From Candidatus Aenigmatarchaeota archaeon (lineage in GTDB: Archaea; Aenigmatarchaeota; Aenigmatarchaeia; PWEA01; JACQIF01): a stretch of 64,000 bases of DNA. The position numbers and the translations under genes were made by a program. Shown here one piece after another: positions 28,368-36,590 of the stretch (positions within the stretch are counted from its first letter, which is position 1; every line of letters begins with the position of its first letter). The stretch lies in contig CP066684.1 of the NCBI GenBank assembly GCA_016432325.1, forward strand, positions 192,001-256,000. The letters are read 5' to 3'. The notes under the pieces were generated by a model. That model did not search any database. It was given only the letters and a program-made list of their open reading frames with translations, and was not told the origin of the DNA.

Positions 28368-28733
28368 GTGAGCAAAACGAGGACACGGGTACCATTGACG
28401 AACGGACAAGCCTGCGCAGAGGTTTTTGCATTCACGGCCAACGAGGGCAAGCTGCGCGAGAGCGTCGGGCTTGAACGCTACGGAGAACTCGACAGAAACG
28501 GTTACGTTGAATTCATGAACACAGGCCGCATCGCCTGGTATATGGAAAGGTTTGAAGGCGGCATGTATGCGGTCTACGCCGTGAGTTCTCTTCACACTTC
28601 TGACGACGACTCGTGCGAAGACACCAAGCTGTCTATGGAACTGGACGACGGCTTCAAGGCGATGCGAACGAAACTAACGCCGTTCGCATCCAACATGGCG
28701 TCGTGGCGCGTCAAGGGAGGCGTCAAGAGATGA
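28368..28733 (+). CDS. hypothetical protein
   Basis: ORF after TATA-like box; ATGA overlap with the next gene. Confidence 0.5.
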   Translation: MSKTRTRVPLTNGQACAEVFAFTANEGKLRESVGLERYGELDRNGYVEFMNTGRIAWYMERFEGGMYAVYAVSSLHTSDDDSCEDTKLSMELDDGFKAMRTKLTPFASNMASWRVKGGVKR

Positions 28734-28993
28734 GCGGGTTCAAACGGCATGAGAACGCATACCCGCGCGTGCCTTTGGTGGATGACGAGATCGACAGGAT
28801 GAGGCACGAGGAACTGTTCGAGCCAATCGGTCCCGATGACGAGGTTACAGAAATGATGGCGATCGAAATGGAGTCTCTGAAAGACATGAAAAGGACCATG
28901 GATAAAATAAGACACAACGTCAGAGCGTACGAACTGCAACAGCGGGATTACACTACTATCGGGGGCGAAGAAGGCGAGCGCGCGTCTACTTGA
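28730..28993 (+). CDS. hypothetical acidic protein
   Basis: GGAGG SD, coupled start MSGFKRH. Confidence 0.5.
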   Translation: MSGFKRHENAYPRVPLVDDEIDRMRHEELFEPIGPDDEVTEMMAIEMESLKDMKRTMDKIRHNVRAYELQQRDYTTIGGEEGERAST

Positions 28994-29432
28994 TATCTAT
29001 CTTCGGCGAGTCCTTGTAGACGTTCGTGACGACCTGCGTTATCGTTTTCGTGACGAAGTTCTTTGCTAGCAAGCGCTCCTTGACGAACGACTGCATCTCC
29101 TTCATGTCGCGGAACGCTCCTATCAGCACGACGTCCGTATCGCCCGTAACTTCGTAAACAAGCTTGATGTTATCGAACTTGGAAACGTCTTCCTCCAGTC
29201 GCTTGAGACCCGCGCCTTCTGCGATGACTCCTATGATCGCCGTGATTCCATAACCGAGCTTCTCGTAGTTGATGTCCGCGCAGTAGCCCTTAAGAATTCC
29301 CGCTTTTTCCATGTTGCGCACGCGGTTTATGACCGTGACGGGCGTCGCGCCCACTTCCTTCGAAATCTCGCGGAAGGAGCGGCGACAGTCCTTCTGCATT
29401 ACTCTCAGAATCTTCTTGTCCAACTCGTCCAC
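28986..29432 (-). CDS. Lrp/AsnC family regulator
   Basis: MDELDKKIL, HTH, VYEVTGDTD. Confidence 0.92.
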   Translation of the reverse strand: MDELDKKILRVMQKDCRRSFREISKEVGATPVTVINRVRNMEKAGILKGYCADINYEKLGYGITAIIGVIAEGAGLKRLEEDVSKFDNIKLVYEVTGDTDVVLIGAFRDMKEMQSFVKERLLAKNFVTKTITQVVTNVYKDSPKIDIK

Positions 29433-29598
29433 ACCAACACCCCGCGATTAAACGATTGTTTGACCGTACGAAATACGAATGAACAGGTATTTAAAAGCTA
29501 CGTTGCAGTGGACCTAATGATTTGGGGGTACTATAAATAACTTGGCGCGTACGGATGGACGTTTTAAGTAAGGAGCGCGTATTCTAAGCGGTGTGCGA

Positions 29599-30210
29599 AT
29601 GGAGCAGATAGCAAGAGGCGCGGAGGCCGTTCTTTACAGAAAAGATAACGAATTGGTCAAGGCGCGCATCGAAAAGGGCTACAGGCTGCGCGAACTGGAC
29701 GCGAAGTTGCGAACCGAGCGCACGAAGACAGAGGCGCGCCTGATGGACGCGGCGCGACGCGCTGGCGTTCCCGTTCCCATGATACGCGAGGTGCGCGAGT
29801 CCACGCTGAAGATGGACTTTCTGGAAGGCGAACGCCTGAGGGACGCGATAGACCTCGTGGATTCAAAACAACGCATCATCATTGCCAACACGATAGGCCG
29901 GCACGTGGGCAGGCTTCACAGAAACGGAATAGTCCACGGGGACCTGACGACAAGCAACATGATAATGCACGAAGGCCGCGTCTACTTCATCGATTTCGGG
30001 CTGGGAACGTTCTCCACGTCCGTGGAAGACCGTGCCGTTGATTTGTACCTTCTTCACAACGCTTTGAAGAGCACTCACTACAAAAATCTGAAACCGTTGT
30101 GGGCCAACATAACAAAAGGCTACAAGAAGGAATTCAATGAAGGCGCGCGCGTGCTGGACAGACTGAAGAAGGTCGAGGTGCGCGGCAGATACGCGAGGCG
30201 GCTGGGATGA
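29599..30210 (+). CDS. bud32: KEOPS kinase Bud32
   Basis: GAEA, KGYR..ELD, HGDLTTSN, IDFGL, AVDL. Confidence 0.94.
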   Translation: MEQIARGAEAVLYRKDNELVKARIEKGYRLRELDAKLRTERTKTEARLMDAARRAGVPVPMIREVRESTLKMDFLEGERLRDAIDLVDSKQRIIIANTIGRHVGRLHRNGIVHGDLTTSNMIMHEGRVYFIDFGLGTFSTSVEDRAVDLYLLHNALKSTHYKNLKPLWANITKGYKKEFNEGARVLDRLKKVEVRGRYARRLG

Positions 30211-30536
30211 AGGCTAACGCAACCGTTGGATTGATAGTATTCGGGGTCTTGTTTCTCATCGTAGGCTATCTTGTCGTTGGCCAGGCCCTCGTCAACCTCG
30301 GGGCAGGAGGCGACCCGAAGTACTGCACGACAGACGAAGACTGCGTGCCGGACGGATGCTGCCATCCGACAGACGCGGTGAACAAGGCGTACGCGCCCGA
30401 TTGCTCTGGAACGTACTGCACTGCCGTATGCGCGCCCGGTACGCTCGACTGCAACCAAGGACGCATCGCGTGCGTTGCGAACCGCTGCACGGCGATTATA
30501 AATAACCCGATAGACCAGCAGGAAGTGGTTTCATGA
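30207..30536 (+). CDS. membrane-anchored Cys-rich extracellular protein
   Basis: N-terminal TM plus 10 Cys (CTTDEDCVPDGCCH...). Confidence 0.7.
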   Translation: MKANATVGLIVFGVLFLIVGYLVVGQALVNLGAGGDPKYCTTDEDCVPDGCCHPTDAVNKAYAPDCSGTYCTAVCAPGTLDCNQGRIACVANRCTAIINNPIDQQEVVS

Positions 30537-30919
30537 AGAACTGGTTCAGGATAAAAGGAGAGACGCTGGCCGACACCATTGAAAACGTTTCCTCCCTGCT
30601 TATTGCAGTGTCTGCAATTTTCATCTTCTTCGGCATCGCTGTCGGAACGTTCGTACCGGGCATCCCTGTCGCCGTGGCCATAACAGGAGCTCTCACCGCG
30701 ATTCTCGGCGTAGGGCTGTACGTATTGGGAGAACTGTCCCGCGTGGAAGGCTCTTACCTTATATTATCCGCGGCAGGGGGATTGACGATATTCGTGTCCA
30801 TCCTCCAACTGCTGGGAGTCGTCGCGCTCTTCCCCGGATTCGTCAGGGAAGCCATCGCCATCGGGGCCATACTCCTGCTTTCTGGAGCAGTTGCGCGTGC
30901 GGCGGAGAACCGCAAGTGA
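30533..30919 (+). CDS. four-TM membrane protein
   Basis: Hydrophobic ORF with ATGA overlap. Confidence 0.6.
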   Translation: MKNWFRIKGETLADTIENVSSLLIAVSAIFIFFGIAVGTFVPGIPVAVAITGALTAILGVGLYVLGELSRVEGSYLILSAAGGLTIFVSILQLLGVVALFPGFVREAIAIGAILLLSGAVARAAENRK

Positions 30920-32110
30920 TCAACGCCAGTCAGACCATGCGTTCGTCGCCTTCTCTGACTTGCCGCCGCCTTTGTATGTTTTCCATTCCCTGTCCAGACC
31001 TTCAGGCGCGCACGTCCTGCACTTCGCAATGACGCGTTCCTTTGCGATGCGCAACGCCGCCGCGCGCGGATCGATGCGCAGCTCGTGCGCGTCATCAAGA
31101 ACGAGCTTGGCGTTCTTCACTATCGTGTTTTCAACGCGCCTGAACATCTCCTTGTCCGTGCCTCCTATGTACTCAATATACGAAGAGATGACGCCGCCTG
31201 CATTCGCAACGAAGTCAGGGACGAACAAGACGCCGCGCTTGAACAACGCGAGTTCCGTTTCGTAGGTCATCGGAATATTCGAGCCTTCAACGATGAGCTT
31301 TGCTTTTACTTTGCCAGCGTTCTTCTTGTTGATTAGGTCGGGGATGGCCGCAGTGACGAGGATATCGACATCCGCCCCGACAATATTTTGCGCGGGCAGT
31401 GTCTTGCATTTCGGGTAGGCCGTGACAGTACCTTTGGTTTTCTTTATGTCTGCCAGGCGTGCGAAGTCCATTCCCCCTTTCAGGTATGCAACGCCTTTCG
31501 AGTCTGAAACCGCGACGAGCTTTGCGCCGGCCTCTGCGGCGAACTTTGCCACGAACCAGCCGACGTTGCCGAAGCCTTCTATCGCTATGGTAGCGCCTTT
31601 CAGGTCCAGCCTCATGTCCTTTGCCGCAACGCGAAGCGCGTGAAAAACCCCGAAACCCGTGCTGCCCAGTTCGTGGGGTATTCCGCCCATCTCCCTCGGC
31701 TTGCCTGTGCACGCGCGGGGCGTTCCGACTGCCTCGGCGAGCTGGCCCATCTCTCGTTCCGTGGTGTTGATGTCAGGCCCGGCGACGTACATGGAAGGGC
31801 ATATCGGCTTTATCGCCTCGCCGAACGCGCGTATCAACGCCTCCTTTTTCTGCGGCGTCATGCCAACGGGCATCTGTATGCCTGCTTTCCCGCCGCCGAA
31901 AGGCAGTTCGGCCATCGCGTTTTTCCATGTCATCGTCCGCGCGAGTTTGGAAACCTCCTCCACGCTGACCGTGGGCGTCATGCGTATGCCGCCTTTTGCC
32001 ACGCCAAGAGCGAGATTGTCCAGAACCACAAAGCCGCGCAGGCCGAGCTTCGGGTTATATATGTCGTATATTCGTTCAGGACCGAAGCCGTCGTAGGCGA
32101 TTCCGTTCAT
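30920..32110 (-). CDS. gdhA: Glu/Leu/Phe/Val dehydrogenase (glutamate dehydrogenase-like)
   Basis: AKGGIR, MTWK, GGGKAG, GFGNVG, PDFVANAGGV; start trimmed to MNGIAY. Confidence 0.88.
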   Translation of the reverse strand: MNGIAYDGFGPERIYDIYNPKLGLRGFVVLDNLALGVAKGGIRMTPTVSVEEVSKLARTMTWKNAMAELPFGGGKAGIQMPVGMTPQKKEALIRAFGEAIKPICPSMYVAGPDINTTEREMGQLAEAVGTPRACTGKPREMGGIPHELGSTGFGVFHALRVAAKDMRLDLKGATIAIEGFGNVGWFVAKFAAEAGAKLVAVSDSKGVAYLKGGMDFARLADIKKTKGTVTAYPKCKTLPAQNIVGADVDILVTAAIPDLINKKNAGKVKAKLIVEGSNIPMTYETELALFKRGVLFVPDFVANAGGVISSYIEYIGGTDKEMFRRVENTIVKNAKLVLDDAHELRIDPRAAALRIAKERVIAKCRTCAPEGLDREWKTYKGGGKSEKATNAWSDWR

Positions 32111-32189
32111 ACGAACCCGTTCGCGTGAGGGGATAAAAAGGTTTTGCGCAGGCCGAAAGTACAAATAGCGCTGCGTGCCAATACGGCGC

Positions 32190-32405
32190 ATGAACGATGC
32201 GGAGAGATGCGACAAGGCCAAGCGGATAATCCAGGAATGGACGGACAAACAAGGCCATGAGAGGTGCTGGTACTATCCAGACCTGTTCAACAGGCTGGCC
32301 GTTCTGTTCAGCGTCAAGCCGACCAAGAATCCGTCGCTTCCGACGCTCGAAGAGTTCAGGGAAGGATGCAGGAGATATCAGCAAGAAGAGTACGCGAAAA
32401 AATAA
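32190..32405 (+). CDS. small hypothetical protein
   Basis: WTDKQGHERCWYYP...EF..GC. Confidence 0.55.
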   Translation: MNDAERCDKAKRIIQEWTDKQGHERCWYYPDLFNRLAVLFSVKPTKNPSLPTLEEFREGCRRYQQEEYAKK

Positions 32406-33425
32406 TCACGTGCAGACAATCTTCTTGCCGCCCAGATAGCTGTACGCCGAGAACGCCGCGAAGACGCCCTCTGCCGCGCCTGTTATGGCCTGCTTGAAAC
32501 GCGTGTCGCAGACGTCGCCGGCGGCGTAAATTCCTTCGACGTTGGTACGCGCCTCGCGGTCTATGGTTATCTCGCCCTTCTCGTTGATGGCGACGCCTAT
32601 CTTCTTCGCCAAGCCGCTCTGCGGGATGCCGCCTATCTCTATGAAGACGCCGTCGGTTTTGAATTCGTTCGAACCTTTGTATGGCTTGTCGAAGGTGACT
32701 GACGCAACGACCTTCTCGCCGTTTATCTTCACCACATTCGTCTTGTTGATAATCTCTATTTTGCCCTCCTTCACGCGCTGCTCCACCAGCAGCCCGTTGA
32801 CGGGTTCCGGTCTTATCGCCTCTCCCCGGTAAACGATGTAGACTTTCTTGCAGTGTTCGGACAGGAGCAACGCCTCCTTTGCTGCCGAGTCGGAACCGCC
32901 TACCATGATGACGACCTTATTCTTGAAGAACGCGGCGTCACAGGTGGCGCAGTAGGAGACGCCTTTGTTTGCAAGCTCCTTTTCTCCGGGGACTCCTAGC
33001 TTCTTGTGTTCCGTCCCTGTGGCGAATACGACCGTTTTGCCGACGAACTCGCCGTGGCGTTTCGTGGCGACCTTCCAACAGACGCCTTTGCCGTTTACGT
33101 CCGTGACCTCATCCTCGAGAACGGGAATCTCAAACATCCTGATGTGCTCGTAGAACATGTCCATCATGTCCGGTCCGCTCACGGAGCCGAGAGGAGGATA
33201 GTTCTCCACGAGGTGCGTAGTCGTAATCAGGCCGCCGCGGAGCTTGCCTATGACGAGAACGGACAGGTTGAAGCGGGCGGCATATATGGCCGCCGAGTAA
33301 CCGGCGCATCCGGCGCCGATGACTATCATGTCATACTCTTTTGCAAGTTCTTTCTTGGCCTCGCCGCGCAGCAGCTTCAGCTCTTCGATGGAACCGGCTA
33401 TCGGTTTCTTGGATTTCTCTGCCAT
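32406..33425 (-). CDS. trxB: thioredoxin reductase
   Basis: GAGCAG, SYCATCD, GGSDSA, AAGDV. Confidence 0.9.
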   Translation of the reverse strand: MAEKSKKPIAGSIEELKLLRGEAKKELAKEYDMIVIGAGCAGYSAAIYAARFNLSVLVIGKLRGGLITTTHLVENYPPLGSVSGPDMMDMFYEHIRMFEIPVLEDEVTDVNGKGVCWKVATKRHGEFVGKTVVFATGTEHKKLGVPGEKELANKGVSYCATCDAAFFKNKVVIMVGGSDSAAKEALLLSEHCKKVYIVYRGEAIRPEPVNGLLVEQRVKEGKIEIINKTNVVKINGEKVVASVTFDKPYKGSNEFKTDGVFIEIGGIPQSGLAKKIGVAINEKGEITIDREARTNVEGIYAAGDVCDTRFKQAITGAAEGVFAAFSAYSYLGGKKIVCT

Positions 33426-33486
33426 AAGAACGCTGTGGTTATGGTCTCATCGTATAAAAAGGCTCCAGCCGCCGCCGTTCGGGAAT

Positions 33487-33529
33487 TAACCACCGCCGGT
33501 GGTTACGAATCCATCACCACCGCGGTGGT
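33487..33529. promoter_or_regulatory. two tandem ACCACCG(C)CGGTGGT palindromes in the divergent trxB/rSAM intergenic region
   Basis: 33487-33505 and 33516-33529; operator role is inferred. Confidence 0.45.
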
Positions 33530-33577
33530 CGAAAAAGCTTGACCTTCCCGACGACAAACAAACGGCGAGGTGGTTTT

Positions 33578-33739
33578 GTGGAGGCGTACGTTGCGAAAAT
33601 GGGCGAGTGTCCGAGACCGATGGAGGATCTCTTGAGGGATTATGACCCGGGCCTGCGGTTCGAAGAGATGCCGGAAAGGCCTTACGTCAAACGACAGCTC
33701 GGTTGGCTGTCGATAATCGCGCGGTGCATGTGCGATTGA
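33578..33739 (+). CDS. small peptide, 53 aa, ending ARCMCD
   Basis: GAGGTG SD plus GTG; MEAYVAKMGECPRPMEDLL...WLSIIARCMCD. Confidence 0.55.
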   Translation: MEAYVAKMGECPRPMEDLLRDYDPGLRFEEMPERPYVKRQLGWLSIIARCMCD

Positions 33740-33748
33740 GGTGGTGGT

Positions 33749-33904
33749 GTGGACCATGTTGCAGACGAGGAAGCAGAGAAGAAAACCCAGGAATACGTGG
33801 CGGATGGACGAAAAAAACTCTTCGGCCTGATACCGATTCCGTTGTTAGAGTGCGAGAACGGCAAGTGTTACATCTTCAGGAGGAAGAAGGATGAAGCTCG
33901 TTGA
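33749..33904 (+). CDS. small peptide, 51 aa
   Basis: Not in track; GAGGTG SD plus GTG; MDHVADEEAEKKTQEYVADGRKKLFGLIPIPLLECENGKCYIFRRKKDEAR. Confidence 0.55.
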   Translation: MDHVADEEAEKKTQEYVADGRKKLFGLIPIPLLECENGKCYIFRRKKDEAR

Positions 33905-34850
33905 CATCGTGCCTGTCCTCGAGGACAACCAGTATAAACTGAAGAGCACAGTTGACGCGTACGAAGTATTGATAAACGAGGCGACTTGGCGAAGGCTCAG
34001 GGCGATGGGGACGAAGCCTCTGGACAGGTTGAAGGCCGACGACTATCTTCTCCACCTGATGCTGAGCGAACGCGGCCACATGGCGGAAGGCGTCTCGGAG
34101 CCGGTCCTGAGGGGCACGGAAGGCCTGCACGTGGTTGGAATAGAGACAACGGACATGTGCAACCTGCAGTGCGAACACTGCTATCTCGGCCCGAAGAAGA
34201 ACAAGACGCTGAGCAGGGAGGCGTTCAGGCGCGTCGTGGACGGCGCATACGAACTTGGCGCCTCCGCCATATCCGTTACAGGCGGAGAACCGAAGCTTGA
34301 CCCGGAACTTTTTGAAAAAATGGCATACGCGCGAAGCCGTGACTTCAAGGTCACGATGGTGACGAACGCGACTCTCTGGACGAGGGAGGACGCAAAAACG
34401 CTGCGCGATCTGCGCCTCGAAGCCGTCGCCGTGTCGCTCAACGGCCCCAAGAAAGAGCATGAGGCAATATACGGCGAAGGCCAGTACGAGCGCACCGTCG
34501 AACGCATGAAATGGCTCATAGAGGAGGGCAACAACGTCTACGTGAACTTCAACATCTACGACGGCAACGCGCACGTGCTCCCGGAGTTCGAGAAGTTCTG
34601 CAGAGAACTTGGCGTGAAGGGAATGAACGTCGGGCACATCAAACCCATCGGATGGGGAGCCAACATGAAAGACCGCATAGTCGAAGAGACTCCCGTCTGC
34701 TGCGGCCGCGGAGGAAAAGAGCAGATATTCGTGAAGGCCGACGGCCGCGTGATTCCGTGCGGCTTCCTGGACGACCAGACGATGGGAAACGTATACGCCG
34801 AGGGCCTGCCTGCGATATACAGGAGGCGCAGGGCCGCGGCTAAACCCTGA
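33891..34850 (+). CDS. radical SAM protein with SPASM/twitch-type C-terminus
   Basis: CNLQCEHC, TGGEP, TNA, C...DGRVIPC...GNV. Confidence 0.9.
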   Translation: MKLVDIVPVLEDNQYKLKSTVDAYEVLINEATWRRLRAMGTKPLDRLKADDYLLHLMLSERGHMAEGVSEPVLRGTEGLHVVGIETTDMCNLQCEHCYLGPKKNKTLSREAFRRVVDGAYELGASAISVTGGEPKLDPELFEKMAYARSRDFKVTMVTNATLWTREDAKTLRDLRLEAVAVSLNGPKKEHEAIYGEGQYERTVERMKWLIEEGNNVYVNFNIYDGNAHVLPEFEKFCRELGVKGMNVGHIKPIGWGANMKDRIVEETPVCCGRGGKEQIFVKADGRVIPCGFLDDQTMGNVYAEGLPAIYRRRRAAAKP

Positions 34851-35397
34851 TGACCTTGTCGCAGAGCTGTGCGATTTCAGAGCGCACGGTTTTGTCGGTC
34901 TCCTCTTCTATCGATATCATGATGCCGCTTATCCCGGATATCCGTATCTTGGTGAGCGTCGAGTGTATGAACCTGGCGAAGATCTCCGGTTTGTTGTGGA
35001 CCAGCATTGTCGTTATAGAATCTATGAAAAGGAACTTTTTACCTTCAATCATCTTTATAGCCTCGCTTGTCGCGAGCGATATCTCTGTCAGCGCCGTCGA
35101 GCCTTCCACGTGCACGACGTTGTCGGCTTCTGGCGGGTTTGCCATCATGCCTTTGCAAACCGTGTCCAGCAGGAAGACTTTTGAACGGGCGACGCCCTTC
35201 TTTTCGTACATGTCGAGCAGGTTGCGGCACGGCCTGCTGGCGGATATCACGATGCCCGTATAACTGCCGGACGTCATTATTTTTATCGCGGCCACTCCCA
35301 CGTCAGTCGATTTCTCGGCGTCTGTCTCGATGAGCGCTATCCAACCCTCCGGCAAGTCTTGGAGCTCCTTCTCCAGCGTCTCGGCGTAGCTCATCAC
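34840..35397 (-). CDS. degenerate KaiC-like (DUF835/DUF7504-type) protein
   Basis: ISASRP, FLLD, FLFIDSITTM, QLCDKVI; no Walker A. Confidence 0.7.
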   Translation of the reverse strand: MMSYAETLEKELQDLPEGWIALIETDAEKSTDVGVAAIKIMTSGSYTGIVISASRPCRNLLDMYEKKGVARSKVFLLDTVCKGMMANPPEADNVVHVEGSTALTEISLATSEAIKMIEGKKFLFIDSITTMLVHNKPEIFARFIHSTLTKIRISGISGIMISIEEETDKTVRSEIAQLCDKVIRV

Positions 35398-35948
35398 GTC
35401 ACCTTCACGACTTCGTCCACCTGCATCGCGATGTCACGGATGAACTTTTTATGCGTCAGGTCAGCGGCTACATTGAACACGAGGACAACCTCCTTCACCT
35501 CTCCCTTGCGCACCGTCCTTATGAGGAAGTCCGAAAAGCGCATGGTATCCGAGAGAGGCTTGTGGAGGGTCATGGTCGTCAGGGAGTCTACGAAGATGAA
35601 CTTCTTGCCGTCGAGCTTGTCGAGAGACGTGTATATGGCGCGGACGAGTTCGTCGATTTCCACCTCTTCTGAAACGGGCACGCACGTCTTGGCCTCGTGC
35701 GCGTCGGCTCCGCTGCAGGCGGAAGCCGCGTCCACGACGTAGATGCGATCGTTCTTTATCGCCTTCTTCTTGAAGAACGAGGAGAGGTTTTTGAAGGGGC
35801 GCTGGAAGCTCACGTACACTCCGGAGAACCCCTGACCTACAAAGAACTTGACCACGTCCGTGGCCTTGTCAAGATAGACATCCGTCGGGAGTTCTGTCAT
35901 TATCACGGCGCTCTCGTGCTTCGCGATTGCTTCCTGAAGGGTTGTCAT
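35394..35948 (-). CDS. degenerate KaiC-like (DUF835/DUF7504-type) protein
   Basis: VYVSFQRP, VVDA, FIFVDSLTTM, VDEVV; no Walker A. Confidence 0.7.
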   Translation of the reverse strand: MTTLQEAIAKHESAVIMTELPTDVYLDKATDVVKFFVGQGFSGVYVSFQRPFKNLSSFFKKKAIKNDRIYVVDAASACSGADAHEAKTCVPVSEEVEIDELVRAIYTSLDKLDGKKFIFVDSLTTMTLHKPLSDTMRFSDFLIRTVRKGEVKEVVLVFNVAADLTHKKFIRDIAMQVDEVVKVT

Positions 35949-36050
35949 AGAAACCAGACTAGCGGAGCGCGATATAAATAGTTACTGCGCCAGCGCGATA
36001 ACTTTAAAACAGCGCTCTGTTTTAAATATGTCTGCCGCCTAAGCGCGCTT

Positions 36051-36590
36051 ATGCACGGCATAATATTCATCGAACTGAAGAAGTACGCCACAGAGAAGAT
36101 GGGAAGCGACGGATGGGAGAAGCTCCTCCGCGAAGCAAAGCTGGAAGACCGCCTCTACGTGCCTACTGAAGCGTATCCGGACGAGGAGGTGTCGGCGCTC
36201 GTAGGAGCCGCCGTCAAAATCTCAGGAGCGTCGGTCGATGCGATTCTCGAGGACTTCGGCCGGTTCATAGCCAAGGAACTCGTGTCCGTTTACGGCGCGC
36301 TCGTGAATCCGGACTGGACGACTCTGGACCTGATAGAGAACACCGAAAGCGTCATACACACGGTCGTGCGTACCACGACGCCCGGAGCGACTCCGCCTGA
36401 GATAAAGGTGGAGAGGACGTCCACAGACGCCGCCGTTGTCACCTACACGTCGAAAAGGAAGATGTGCTCTCTTGCAAAAGGCCTTATGAAAGGGCTTGCA
36501 GACCACTACGGCGAAGAGCTGGAGATAAAAGACGAGGCTTGCATGCTCAAGGGCGACGCGCTGTGCGTGATGCGCGTGAAGCGCGTCTGA
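36051..36590 (+). CDS. H-NOX (heme NO/O2-binding) domain protein
   Basis: MHGII, YPDEE, FG, proximal His (IHTVVR), PP, YTSKR (YxSxR), C-terminal C...GD..C. Confidence 0.9.
   Translation: MHGIIFIELKKYATEKMGSDGWEKLLREAKLEDRLYVPTEAYPDEEVSALVGAAVKISGASVDAILEDFGRFIAKELVSVYGALVNPDWTTLDLIENTESVIHTVVRTTTPGATPPEIKVERTSTDAAVVTYTSKRKMCSLAKGLMKGLADHYGEELEIKDEACMLKGDALCVMRVKRV

Noticed and set aside
33703-33894. Alternative peptide MAVDN...WWCGPCC
   Set aside because: Overlaps the upstream peptide and lacks an SD; 33749..33904 has one. Not fully excluded
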